A stretch of DNA of 64,000 bases from Octopus sinensis (lineage: Eukaryota), in the NCBI RefSeq assembly GCF_006345805.1, contig NC_042999.1, forward strand, positions 127,410,001 to 127,474,000. Direction: 5' to 3'. A program made the translations under genes and the position numbers. The notes under the pieces are model-generated. The model did not search any database. It was given only the letters and a program-made list of their open reading frames with translations, and was not told the DNA's origin. Of the stretch, positions 12,281 to 25,160 are shown one piece after another (position 1 is the first letter of the stretch; each line of letters opens with the position of its first letter).

Positions 12281-13643
12281 ACACACGCATGCATACATAC
12301 ATACATTATATATGGTAAACCATATATATATATATAAGCATGTTGTTATTTACGTATAAGATTTATAAAGTAATATTCTCAACGGAAAATAATTACTTTT
12401 TCTTGATATGTGTGTTTAGCGACTGATCGGAGTTGAATGCCACATGAATGTTGTTGTGCTGGATGGATATAGACCTAAGCTAAATAAACTAGCTACAGGT
12501 TATGGTCTGACAATCTGCAGGGGCTTGAAATAATTAGAAGGCATATGTTTTCAATTTTTCTGAGTTTCTGGTGTAATTTTCTTTTTAACAAGGAGTCCCC
12601 TAGCGTCATATAGCTGTCTCATCCGGCAATGTACCCAAGCCGATCATGCTCTTTCTTAACCTTTCATATCAAATCAGCGAAGGGTGCGTCTACGTTGTAG
12701 CTCGACCTGCTAAGTACAATAACCGAATTTCCTTTAAATCAAATCTCACTGGAGCAAGGGGAAGGGCCTACTTTCGGAATAGGTGTGATTCCCTCATAAG
12801 GAACGACAAGAATATAAAAAATTGTTAGAAAAAAATTCGTTCAGAATTGTAGTGATATATTATTGAAACACCACGCTAGTCGGGTGGAAATACAGAAAGA
12901 GATAAAAGAAAAGACCTCCCAATTACGTGTCCTGTAAGTCCTCAATGAGGAAGTGATAGCTATTCCAAAAATCCACCCCAGTTGCTAAAAAGACTTAATG
13001 GTCATCGCAAAATCAATAGCAAAAACTAATTAGGTTAGGTTAAAACCCTCAGATCCGTTCTTAGTTCTCTGCATAAAATTCCTACACCTCACTGATCTTG
13101 GCTTTGCTGACACATTTTTGTAGGACTACTCCTTAATTTCTATTCACGTTTTAATTGGGGGTAATTACCTAATTTGTCTTAAGTGGTATGTCTCCCCTGT
13201 CAACGAAAACTCTTCGAACTGTTTCATAAATTCAAAGTAAATTTTATTGTTATTCGTGAGATTGTTTTCTGAGATCGAATTCTCGTTTTCTGAGATCGAA
13301 TTCTCGTTTTATTGACTAATAATACCAACTGATACAGGTTTAGTCTTAAGTTTTGTTCTTAACATTTATATTTCCATAAATAAACACACACACACGCATG
13401 TAATGTGTGTGCTGTGTATATCGCGGATTTGCGTGTCGTAGAAAACAGACGAGGATTTGGCAATTTCTTGCTGATTTCTAGCTGAACAACAACACGTGCA
13501 GATGATTTGTTTCTTGTGATCAAATGTTTGTACTGATGCATAGTGTGCCACTCGTCATGTCGAAAATGATCGCAGACGAAGTGTACTGCACAAAACATCG
13601 CTCGGTCCGGGAATTGAAATCATGTTCACGCGTTCGAGAGTCC

Positions 13644-13658
13644 AATATCTATCTATCT

Positions 13659-13711
<53 letters not shown>

Positions 13712-13856
13712 ATATATATGTAAATGTATATATGTAAATGTATATGCGTATGTATATATGTAAATGTATATGCGTATGTATATATGTAAATATATATATA
13801 TATATATGTAAATGTATATATGTAAATATATATGTGTATATATATATGTGTGTGTG

Positions 13857-13887
<31 letters not shown>

Positions 13888-13982
13888 GTATATATGTAAA
13901 TATATATGTGTATATATATATGTGTGTGTATATATTTATATGTATGTATATATGTGTATATATATATATATATATGTGTGTG

Positions 13983-14038
<56 letters not shown>

Positions 14039-14104
14039 TATATATGTATATATATATATGTATTCACACACACATATATTATGTATACACACACATATAT
14101 ATAT
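13644..14104. repeat. Compound (TA)n microsatellite
   Basis: Seen directly in the sequence. Confidence 0.95.
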
Positions 14105-14132
14105 CGAAATTCAAGGCATAGAGCAGGTAAAA

Positions 14133-14222
14133 TCCAGGCTACATAAGTTTCCGAGCTAGCAGAACCTCGGAAGTCGTACTTACTCAACGCTGGATACCCC
14201 ACTAGCTACTCATCAGGCCGAA
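14133..14222 (-). ncRNA. Type I hammerhead ribozyme motif at the end of a Penelope-like/non-autonomous retroelement
   Basis: Minus strand reads TTCGGC-CTGATGA-GT-AGCTAGT-(40 nt)-GCTAGCT-CG-GAAA-C-TTAT-G-TA-GCC-TGGA. Stem I is GGC/GCC, stem II is 7 bp, stem III is short and the triplet is GUA. The element runs into (TA)n about 30 nt downstream. Confidence 0.65.
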
Positions 14223-14554
14223 GATAGCTTTAAATCTCTTTAACCTTGCTAAAGTAACATTTGAAGTGATTTATGGGGGAAAATGTATAACCTTCTACGC
14301 CAATAAACCACTATTGTTCCTGAAAGTTGTTTTTTTTTTTATACCTTCTACTGACTGCTTGAAGCTTACTAACTTCCTACACATGGATCCGTGGATATTG
14401 CCTTTACGTATCTTTTTTTATGTGTGTATGTATGTATGTATGTGTGTGTGAAAGAGATATGAAGACATGCTAGCATGGTCGTGTGTGTGCATGTAAAATA
14501 AAATTTAATAAATGTATATGAATTTCCGTCAGTTTCGACGATGAGTAAATCCAA

Positions 14555-14710
14555 CAGTCAAAAACAGCTCGCACTATGCGCCAGGACTCTCACTTGCTAT
14601 GTCACGTAGCCCAGAAACGAACAAAAAAGATTTCCAACTTAGCAATGAGGCAGGAGTTATTTCAGAATTTCCCTCTGTTAGAGAGATGTCTAAACAAAGA
14701 CTAGGGAAGG
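14555..14710 (-). repeat. Dispersed repeat, inverted relative to its copy at ~16000-16158
   Basis: CCAACTTAGCAATGAG...GATGTCTAAACAAAGACTA here versus TAGTCTTTGTTTAGACAT...CTCATTGCTAAGTTGG at 16010-16080. Confidence 0.6.
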
Positions 14711-16162
14711 TGTAAGCACCACAGGAATGAAAAATGGTTTCTGGCACAAAATAAACCACTTTAAACTTGCTTAAGTAATATTCAAAGTGGTTTTATATGA
14801 TCGGAAATACGATTTCGAAGTGTCCATGGAGCCAAAGTGAGGATCTAATCAAAGACATTGCAGTTAAACATAAGGGAAAGACTTCCTCCCGTCACCCCCA
14901 ATTTCTCCCAATTTAAAAAAATTTTTTTGACAAAAACCCCTTTCTATTTTCTTAGACATTATATTGTGTAGTTTTTTTAACAAGGCGGGTTAAAGTCTCA
15001 CTAGGTTTTACTATGGAATCTTGCATACCGTTATATATGTTGTGTGTTTACTCATGGAAATATAGAAGAAACGAACTTTAAAAATAACGAGACTTTATTT
15101 GTTCTTTAAATAGTACAGTAGACCAAATAAAGCATCATGAATTCTGGTGGTTGTATAGTTCATCCACTGTTTGGATAATTCAGCTCAGGTTGTCGTTGGT
15201 TACTTGTGCTCCGTCATACTAATTTTGTTCTGGTGAATAATGGCAGGAAAAATAACATGACTTGCCTACATGAAACTTTCTCACTTGTCAAAGATGATTT
15301 GTTATGCCTATTTATAGGAGGGTAGGTTCCAGCGCATATTCAGATAAGCGCAACATGATTGGATCTTCAATCCATATCCCACACAATACTCAACCAATGT
15401 TCAAAACTTTTTTTATCTTCATTGACTTTGCATATTTCCATGACAACAAACAGTTCTGACCTGTTGGCAATCAATGTCTTCAATTGGCTAAAATTGCATA
15501 ACTTTAAATTCCTTCTTTATTATTAATTTCTAGAACAAAAAAGAATGCAATTTTCTTCTTCAGTATGCGAAACTACATCAGAACTATATTTTTAAAAAAT
15601 AATTTGGTGAAAATTCAAAAATCGTCTAGTGGTTGGAAAACATTTAACAAAATCCCAAAAGACCCATCGACTGATTCAATTTGTGTAATTTCTGACAGAA
15701 TCAATGAGATGTAGTATATCAAGGCTTGCCGCTGGAATTACTGGTAAATCCCAGCTGATGGGCTTGCGCAATTTTCATTTACACAATTTCACTGACAAGG
15801 TTTGTGTCAACTTGAGGTTATTGTAAAAAAAATACTTTACCAATTGTTAAGCAGTAGGTTCAGATCTGGAACCTAATCATCATGAACTAAACCTCTTAAT
15901 CACTCAACTGTGATTATAACAAATAAATTTTGTGTGTGTGTATTTGTGAATTTATATGTATGTATATGTGAATTTATATGTATGTGTATGTGTGAAGTGA
16001 GAGATCCTTAGTCTTTGTTTAGACATTTCTCCGGGAGAGGAAATTTCTAAAGTAACACCTTTCTCATTGCTAAGTTGGAGATCTTTCTTGTTTGTTTTTG
16101 GACTAATTAACTTTTCAGGTGAGGGTCTTAGCATTGTTGTGCAAGCTGTTACTGACATGAAG

Positions 16163-16475
16163 TGGGAAGTGTATGGCTAAGTGGTTAGGGTATTTAGTTC
16201 ACAATCTCATGCCTGATGGTGTGTTTTTGTCATTGAGCAAGGCACTTTAATTCACATTGTTCCAGTCTTCTCAACTGGTAAAAATGAGTAGTACTTGTAT
16301 TTCAAAGGTTCAGCCTTGTCATGCTCTGTGTCACTCGGAATCTCCCTGAGAATGACATTAATGGTAGGCATATCTGTGGAGAGCCCAGCCAGCCACTTAC
16401 ATGTTAATTTCAGGTTGTTCCATTAATCTAATAAACCGGAACGCTTGTCATCTTAACTGCTGGTGTGCCAGTTTT
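16163..16475 (+). mobile_element. tRNA-derived SINE (family of 46227-46543), decayed
   Basis: A-box-like TGGCTAAGTGGTTAGGG head; the body CTGGTAAAAATGAGTAGTACTTGTATTTCAAAGG matches the other copies. Confidence 0.7.
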
Positions 16476-17458
16476 TTTATTGACTTGAAATTTTAGCACA
16501 AGCATTGCTGACAGCCACCATATGTATAAATGTGTGTGTGTGTTTGTGTGGATGATTTCATGAATATAGGAATTATATGTGATCTGCTTTAAGATTCATG
16601 CTCAGATAGTGCAGTTAACAGTTGGGTTTATCATGCATGATGAAGCAATTGTTGTTCAGGCTCAGAGGATTGCCAGATTGTGCATTGTATTCAATATAAA
16701 AAGTTGTCCAATTGTCTGAGCATGAAACTTTAAGTTATATATATTAAATGTTTATATTTCAATGGATTGAGTACTTTTTTTGGTGATGCTATCAACAAGT
16801 GAACTCTGCACACTCTGAGTGTCTGCTAATACTTTACATGTACAATGTCCTTGCATTGTTGGTTTTTTCTTGTGTTTGTTCTTTGTTTTCTTTTTGATTT
16901 ACTACACACACACACACATATACACACGTATATATGAACACTTGAACAATTGTAAATAATCTAATACATAAAACCATTGGTAGCCTTGTTAACCCACAAA
17001 TAAAGAATATTTATCCACCAATGTGGTATTGAGCACTCATTCTCACTGTTTGATAATAGTGTATGTATATGTGTGTGTGTGTGCATATACATATATATAT
17101 ATGCGCATATATACTTGTTTGTGTGAATACACACACAAACATGTATGTGTGTGTATAGATAGACTGACAAACAGATAGATAAAGATATATTACAGGTTTC
17201 CCCCACATTATGGTTACCTCACATTTAAAGCATTTTATGCTTACAGGAAATGTAAAGTATGTCCAAACAATATACAGTCCATAATTATGGAAACTAATTA
17301 ATTTTAAGAATCTAAAAGCTACACTTTCTTTTTAGCCATAAGGCCACATTTTTGGTACTTTTAGCTAAGATCAGAGCGGTTCTTCATCATCATCATTTAA
17401 CGTCCATGTTCCATGCTCATAATACACACATGCATAGATAGATTAGCATGTGTGTTTG

Positions 17459-17599
17459 CATGTATGCATCAATGTAAACAAGTGTGAGGTGGAATATTTC
17501 ATGTGTTCATGTATGCATCAATGTAAACAAGTGTGAGGTGGAATATTTCATGTGTTCATGTATGTATCAATGTAAACAAGTGTGAGGTGGAATATTTCA
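17459..17599. repeat. Minisatellite, ~2.9 copies of a 49-bp unit
   Basis: TGTATGCATCAATGTAAACAAGTGTGAGGTGGAATATTTCATGTGTTCA starts at 17461, 17510 and 17559. Confidence 0.9.
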
Positions 17600-17957
17600 A
17601 TGTGAATCTTCATGTATGTGTGTTTTTCTATATTCTTTTATGTCGGGATGAGTGTCTGTTGTTCTATCCATACACATCCATATACTTACACACATATATA
17701 CATATCTTTATCTTTTTTTTTTACTTGTTTCAATCATTTGATTGCAGCCTGCTGGGGCACCACCTTGAATCTAACAAAAAATTAATGAGAGTGGCACAAA
17801 CAAATTGTTTCATTACACAGATTTACAATAGTTTCTCTGTCACACAAACTCTAGAGTGTTGCTTCATTATTATGTAATATATGCAGCTATATACTCGTAT
17901 ATACACATGTAGATGTGTGTGTGTCTATATATACATGTAGACTATGTCTGTGTGTAT

Positions 17958-18005
<48 letters not shown>

Positions 18006-18150
18006 GCATACACACACAGAGGTAGGTACGTAAGTACAAAATAAAGTGGAAAGAAATCATACTCGAATACCAAATATCTACGGTTACAGTTTTGAAAGTT
18101 AACCAATTAGATTAAAGGTTTATTCATTATACAACAAACAAAATTATACT

Positions 18151-18474
18151 ATATTGTATTTTGGAATGGTCATTTTTTTTTGTTTATGCTTTTGTTAAAT
18201 AAACACAGGCACTATACATTCGTTCTTCGCTTGTTTATTACTGTTCTTATTTTAACTCATGTTCATTGTCCAGAAATATTTTGTCACACATCTGTGACTG
18301 AAAAGTGTTGCTAAAGAGGTCACAGGTGTGAGACAAAAGATTTCCGGACAATGAACATGAGTTAAAATAAGAACAGTAATAAATGAATGAAGAACAAATA
18401 TATAATGTGTGTGTTTATTTGGCAAAAAAAAAAAAAAAAATAATAATAATAATGACCATCCCAAAATACAATAT
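18151..18474. repeat. Long inverted repeat / fold-back element (~150-bp arms, 20-nt loop)
   Basis: 18234-18271 is the exact reverse complement of 18346-18383 (38 bp). Imperfect pairing extends outwards to ATATTGTATTTTGG/CCAAAATACAATAT and inwards to the loop at 18299-18318. Confidence 0.9.
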
Positions 18475-18634
18475 TTGTTTCAACACAGTTTCACATAAGG
18501 AATCTTGCAACACAAATTCATAAAATTATACTACTTGCACAATTATAATCTAAACTTCAGGAATTTGAAACTGAGTAACTGTTCTGTAAATAGTTTGCAG
18601 TTTATAATAAAGTATATATATATATATATAATAA

Positions 18635-18884
18635 AATAAATGTGCCCTTTTAAAGCCTAGCCAGGTTCATGGGCCTGGTTTCCCGGTTTCAATGGCATAT
18701 GTGTTCCCTAGCTGGATGGGATGTCAGTCCATCGCAGCGTTACTCATTTTTGCCAGCTGAGTGGACTGGAGCAACGTGAAATGAAGTGCTTTGCTCAAGA
18801 ACACAACGTGTCACCCAGTCTAGGAATCGAAACCACAATCTTACGATCATGATGCTGACACCCTAACTACTAAGCCACGTGCCT

Positions 18885-18887
<3 letters not shown>
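18635..18887 (-). mobile_element. tRNA-derived SINE, near full length
   Basis: Minus-strand head GGAGGCACGTGGCTTAGTAGTTAGGG (A box) and GGTTTCGATTCC (B box). The central CCAGTCCACTCAGCTGGCAAAAATGAGT is shared with the 46227 family, but the 3' tail differs. Confidence 0.8.
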
Positions 18888-18918
<31 letters not shown>

Positions 18919-18939
18919 TCATCCATCAATCTATCCCTG

Positions 18940-19290
18940 TGTGGGAGGATCCTCAAGCACCTTCTCCATTGGGTCCTCTCCCAAACACGACCTACTCAGA
19001 CTGTGGCTATTATCCAACTGTGGTCTATCCCTAGGTCTCCTGCCAGTTGGCTTTGCTTGAAGAATCTGTCTTATGATTCATTCTGGTGACATTCTAATAT
19101 GTTTGAAGTATCAGACTTGTAACCTTTCAATGCAAAGAACTGGCACCTCAACCTTGAGAGATTCCCTTACCTCCAAGCTACACATCGTCTCAAGTAGTGT
19201 TACTCCAGAGATTCTTCGCAGGAACTCTGTTTCAGTCACTTGTGTTCTTTCAGTCATTACCCAGTATTCATTGCTATAGGTGAAGATAAG
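18940..19290 (-). mobile_element. RTE-clade LINE relic (Expander/Rex3-like), 3' part of ORF
   Basis: Minus translation IFTYSNEYWVMTERTQVTETEFLRRISGVTLLETMCSLEVRESLKVEVPVLCIERLQV*YFKHIRMSPE*IIRQILQAKPTGRRPRDRP parallels the RTE pattern LTYG.E.WVMTER...EM.FLRRVAG...EPLLL.IERSQLRW.GH..RM...PTGRRPRGRP. Confidence 0.8.
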
Positions 19291-19734
19291 GAGGAAAACT
19301 GGATTGATGATGATGATGCATGTGTGTATATATATGTATGTTTATATATATGTGTATGTATACATATAATATATATGTATATGTGTGTATGTATACATAT
19401 AATATGTATATATATTTATATGTATATATATGTGTGTGTGTATGCATATATGTATATATCTATATGTGTATATTTATGTGTATATATCTATATACATGTA
19501 TGTATATGAGTGTGTGTTGGTCTTGATATTATGATGGTTGTAAATTAGTGTCAATGTCATACCAAAGAGGCCACCTGCCCTGTCATTGTGTCTTCCATTA
19601 CAGTGCTTACTCGAGCCTGTTAACCAATCCCAAATCATGCCAAATTCCTCAGTTTGTCTGTGTCTCTAGTTAAGAGAGTTGTATTACTGCTCAAATATTG
19701 TTGATGTGTGTTTTCATGCCTTGCTCAGTCACTT

Positions 19735-19890
19735 TGATCCCCTGTGTTCAACTGGTATTACTTTATCAACCTTGAAAGGATGAAAAGTCAAAGTCAACCT
19801 TGGTTGAATTTGGTCTCGGAATGTAAAGACATATGATATGCCGCTAAGCATTTTGCCTGGTGTACTAACAATTCTGCCAGGTCTCCACCT
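19735..19890 (-). mobile_element. tRNA-derived SINE (family of 40404-40618); a plus-strand copy lies at ~20165-20400
   Basis: CTGGTATTACTTTATCAACCTTGAAAGGATGAAA...CGCTAAGCATTTTGCC...CTGCCAG. Confidence 0.65.
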
Positions 19891-19893
19891 TAA

Positions 19894-20113
19894 CCCTTTA
19901 GCATTCACATTACTCTGTCAAATGTAATGCTTATTTATTCACATTGATTTGAGTTAATGATGCATTATCTTGTAGCATCAAAATTTTGATGATGTGAATG
20001 TTTATTTTTAGAATGATATTGTAGGGCAGGTGTGAGAGGCTAGATCTGGCCAGTTTGAATATAAAGCAGGTAGAATATTTTGGCTGGATATGGCCAGTTT
20101 AAATGCTAAAGGG
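19894..20113 (+). mobile_element. piggyBac-type MITE, family B, intact ends
   Basis: TTAA target duplication at 19890-19893 and 20114-20117, with perfect 12-bp TIRs CCCTTTAGCATT / AATGCTAAAGGG. Confidence 0.85.
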
Positions 20114-21938
20114 TTAATGAAGATATAAATATTAATATGAGAAAAAAAAAACGATGACTGTAAACAGGCAGAATTGTTATAGTGTCAGACAAAATGCCTT
20201 GCAAGTATTTGTTTCAGCTCTTTGTATTCTGTGTTCAATTCTCACTGAGTTCAACTTCATCTTTCATCCTTACAAATGACAATAAAATTAAGTACCTGTC
20301 CAAATTTTGACTTTGATAGTGTTAACTACCTCCTCTCTCTCTTTCCTCAAAATTGCCAGCCCTCTGTGTCCAAATCTAAAACCATTAATAACAATTAGAA
20401 AGAATACTAATGCAATAGCTTCTATGTCTTGACAAACATTTACACACACACACACACACACACATTGTACATCTACCTTCAGTTGGATATATTTCAATGA
20501 TATTATGTTTATAGTTTAGTTGATTAAATATCATTGACCATGTACCTATCTTTTCTGGAGTCCAGTATGTTATCTATAAAACCATTTTGTGATATTCAAA
20601 AGCCTGATTGTACTACTCATTTCTTCAAAAAGTTACTGAAATTTCCTGCACTATTTCCCTCCTCCCTATAATTTTACCAGCAAAATGGTGACTTAATTGA
20701 AAAGACAGTTTTCAACCAGCCCTTATTGTAGGTTACTATTATTATTATTATTATTATTATTCTTTAGTCCCAATCATCTCTGGTCAAGCAGCAGGTCTGC
20801 GATCAAAGGTATTTTGGTCCTGAACAACTAGTCTTTCTGTTTTTGGACATGTGTATCTGATATTACTACATTTAATGCGTTCATTCGTTTTCCCTTTTTC
20901 AAGAAGTTTGGCGAAAGGAAGAGTTTGCTGACTATTTCTAGCAAGTTGAGTGACCACAAGGGAGGTTACCTCATTGATTAATTACAAATTAATTATCAAA
21001 GTAGCTAACTATTGGAAAAAGAAAATCAATCAATCAATCAATTGTATCTGTTCAACCTGAATAGATTTGCCATTTCTTTTTCTTTAAAGAGAATTTTTTA
21101 TTTTGTAACTGAAAGGCAGCAACTGGTTTAGGATAAAAGTACACTTAATATTTATAGAAAGGAAAAAAAATCAAAGCTTAGATAAAAATATTTAAATGTG
21201 TCATAAACAAACTAGTTGTTAGATAGTGTTTTCATTTGTTTTAAAAATCAATATTTATGTAATGACTCACCGTATTTGTGGATAGGCAAACTGAAGTTCA
21301 GAATCTTTTTCAATTCACTTTTGAGGTTAATTCACTTTACTTCATCACCATCATCATTATCATCATCCTCATTTTAACAGTCACTCTTCCATGCTAGAAA
21401 TAGTAACCAAATCTCCCTCAAATCACACATTGATGACTTTTCTCTATTGTTCTCAACTCTGGCCTGTCTTTTCTGATTTTCTCCTGTTTGTGTGTGTCTT
21501 TGTATTTGTTCCCCCTCCCCTACCACTACTTGGCGACTGATGTTGATTTGTTTACACTCCCATAACTTAATAGTTTGGCAACAAGAGACCGATGGAATAA
21601 GTGCCAGGCTTAAGAAGTAAATACTGGGGTTGATTTGTCCCTTCATGGTGTTGATGCCTCAAAATGGTTGCAGGCCAAAGAATGAAATAAATAAAAGGAC
21701 AGCTCAGATCTCAAAATGCAAAGACTATGGTAAGCTTAGACACAATACAACTGACTAAAATAAGCTGGAGTGGTCCTGTCTGAAATGACTTTGATCTTAG
21801 GTCTGCACAATCAGAGCTTATCTGAGGATAAACCGTCTCAGTAACAGCAACCTTGGCATATAAGAAAGAACCTGTAAATTTTGGGTTTCATGTTTTTTTG
21901 TAAAATATATCTGAAAATATCTTTTCTTTTTGTTACAG

Positions 21939-22071
21939 TTCATTGTCTTGTTGGATTGATGACATTTTTGGATGTATCTATATCTTACATGGGACCAGAA
22001 CGTTGGAAAGCTTGTCATATAAGGACTACCATACAATTAGTATATTATAAAGAATAGAACTCAACAACCAG
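21939..22071 (+). other. Candidate 133-nt internal exon, closed in all three frames (non-coding, 5'UTR or poison exon)
   Basis: Acceptor CTTTTCTTTTTGTTACAG| and consensus donor CAG|GTAAGT flank sequence I do not recognise as a repeat. Confidence 0.45.
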
Positions 22072-22569
22072 GTAAGTATCCAAACACTGATTGCTTAAGA
22101 ACAGTTTATTATTCAACTTAAATTTTACCAATTTGTCTCTTTTGGCAGAATTGTTCGAGCATAATTTTGTGATATTTAGTTGCTACCCTTATGTCCTGAC
22201 AAAGCTAATTTAGCATATCATCCTTCTGGGGCCAATAAAATGAAGTAACTTTCAGATGGTGTTGATTTAATCAATTATACTCTTTTCAGTCTATCTACTG
22301 CTCTAACAACTTTGCCAATTGACAATCTGTCTGTCTGTCTGTCTATCTATACATACATATATACACACGTGTGTATACACATACATATGTATGTGTGTGA
22401 ATATTTCCACGTATGAATGTTTGTGTAGATGTCTGTATATATATAGATATGTTACTTGTCCTGTTTTCCATTTGTTTCTCTCACTTGCATATTGAACTCA
22501 TTTGTTTTTGTATTTCATGTTGTTTACTGTTGGTGACGTTCTGTACCCATATATGTATGTGTATATATG

Positions 22570-22610
<41 letters not shown>

Positions 22611-22883
22611 AATTGGACATGGGCGATTGTTGTATTCTTTCTTGTCTTGAGGTTCACAGCCAAATGGCTGGCTGGATTTGCATGGAAAATGGCATACATG
22701 TGGAGACGGGGTGCATAGATTGGAATGTGGTTTATATTTTTTTCCTAGCCCCCATAGTTACCGAGATCCCATTTGTTCCGCCATTAAAACAACCAGTTGC
22801 TCATACAACAAGGGGAGTACAGGATGACAGTCAGCCAAAACTTATCAAATCTAAGCATGTGTACTTATCACTCTATTATATGG

Positions 22884-23395
22884 CGTCGCCTAAATATCTT
22901 TCACCTGCACTGCCTCTGGAAAATCCTTGGCATCAAATGGCAGGATCGTGTTCCCGACAAAGATGTCCTCAAGCAAGCAGGAATACCAAGCATGTTTGCA
23001 CTCCTGACACAAAGATGTATGAGATGGCTTGGACATGTTAGTCGTATGGAAGATGGTAGAATCCCCAAGGACATACTCTACGGGGCACTAGGTTTGTTGG
23101 AAGACTTTTCTTATGGTACAAGGATGCCTGCAAAAGGGACATGAAGGCCTGCGACATCAATATTAGCAATTGGGAAGCAGTTGCCAGCAACTGTGAAGAT
23201 TGGCGACACATCATAGAAGAGGGAACACAAAGGAGTGACAGAGAGAAACAGGAGAAATGGAAAGGCAGGAAAAGATGACAAGAAACTATGACATTATAAA
23301 CAGCCAGGCAAAGTCTTCACTACATTTGTAGCACCTGCCAGAGGGAGTGTTTGTCCAGGATAGGACTACACAGCCACAACAGGAGATGTAAATGA
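22884..23395 (+). mobile_element. RTE-clade LINE, 5'-truncated 3' end
   Basis: RRLNIFHLHCLWKILGIKWQDRVPDKDVLKQAGIPSMFALLTQRCMRWLGHVSRMEDGRIPKDILYG, followed by the terminal zinc finger YICSTCQRECLSRIGLHSHNRRCK*. Confidence 0.9.
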
Positions 23396-23932
23396 CATGA
23401 AATGTAAAAGCCAGACTGGATTAATATATATATATATATGTATGTGTGCATGTGTGTGTATGTACATATATGTTTATATGTGTGTATACATATAGATATA
23501 TATGTGCATATATCTATGTATATAATTTTATTGGTCACTTGACTAGCTTACTGAGTTATCCTGTCTTGATCCTTGGTGATCTTGTTCACAAGTGATTATA
23601 TTCAGATTAAATGCAAAGTTTATGGATATATACTTTAGTTTGTGGTGACCATATAATTGAGATATGTTTGTCTCTTTCCTTATAAAATATAAAGGACTTT
23701 TCCTTGTATTTTTTCTGAATCTAAACTTAATACATTCGGTTTATTTGATTCTTTTTTTTTTACTTCACGATATTTATAATTGTTGCATCACAGAGAGATA
23801 ACATTAATGAATGAACAGAAGAAAGGTGGTGAAAGTGGTTGATATATTAAAGGAAGTTCAAACCTGGACTAACCTGTAACTTGATACTCCAGTTTTTATT
23901 CTTATAAGCCAAAACTCTGGTATATATTGAAT

Positions 23933-23966
<34 letters not shown>

Positions 23967-24067
23967 TCATGTATACACATATACCCAAACACACACATTA
24001 AATAGTAAGGGTTTTGCAGATGGTTAAAACTTTTTGCAACAAAGTAAATTGTGAAATTTGCTCTGTT

Positions 24068-24335
24068 CTTCTTTTATTCTTTTACTTGTTTCAGTCATTT
24101 GACTGCAGCCATGCTGGAGCACCACCTTTAGTTGAGCAAATTGACCCCAGGATTTATTCTTTGTAAGCCTAATACTTATTCTATTGGTCTCTTTTGCCAA
24201 ACCACTAAGTTACAGGGATGTAAACACACCAGCATTGGTTGCCAAGCGATGTTGGGGGAACATCAAGCATATACACACATACACAGACACATATACACAG
24301 ACCCACAAACACACACACACATACATACATACGAC
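24068..24335 (-). mobile_element. SINE 3' half (family of 36104-36614)
   Basis: CTTTTACTTGTTTCAGTCATTTGACTGCAGCCATGCTGGAGCACCACCTTTAG is the reverse complement of the family tail. Confidence 0.8.
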
Positions 24336-25039
24336 AGGTTTGTTTACAAATTGCAATATAATCTTTATATTCATCATCATCTTCATCATCATTAGCAGTG
24401 TCATTTTCATAATCCTGTTTCCTTTTAGTGTATTTTATTACTGCAGAAATTCCAGCCTTCTACTTGTCTTCAGTTATGCATTCTTACATTCCAATCTCCT
24501 TTGATTATATCCACAGTGTTTCATAGCTCACTGAGTCATTAGAGCACTGGTCTTGTAAACTAGGGGTCGTGAGTTTAATCCTCACTAGGGGCTTTTGATA
24601 GAAAAATATATATAAAAATATCCAACCCATGCCAGCATGGACAACGGACATTAAATGATGATGATGTTCCTTCCTTCCAAATGTGTAGATGTGTTGTTGT
24701 GTTACAGGTTGAAAACTAGTATTTTCTTTGTTGTTTGTTGATATGCTAAGATGCAAATGTTAAATGTGTGTGCATGTGATGTTTCCAAACTCTTGGTTTA
24801 ACACCAACATCTCTCATGCTACACGACCTGTGGTCACCCTTAGCATTGCCTAGTCAGTTGCAAGCATTTGGATGAGGTCTTAGGTTTGAAAATAATATCC
24901 TTTCCTACCATCAGTCCTGAAGGCCTTCAAAGAGGTCATTGAGCACTCTTCTTTTACCTTTTACTTGTTTTCTGTCATTGGACTATGGTCAAGCTGGAGC
25001 ACAACCTGAAGAATTGCACAATCCATCTTGAAACAAGCA

Positions 25040-25160
25040 CTTTGTAAACAGGACTTGACTTCAATTCCAGATACTTTTCTGCCTGAAAATGTTTGTAACA
25101 TCTGCATTAGAGTCTGTTTGTCCAAAGTTGGGTTAGCTAATCTTATGAGCTGTCATGATG
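25040..25160 (+). mobile_element. RTE-clade LINE C-terminal zinc-finger remnant
   Basis: ENVCNICIRVCLSKVGLANLMSCH resembles the C..C.R.C.S..GL.SH.R.H motif. Confidence 0.5.

Noticed and set aside
17459-17599. Repeat array considered as CRISPR-like (also the subrepeats at 31780-31940)
   Set aside because: Head-to-tail tandem units without unique spacers, eukaryotic context and no cas genes.
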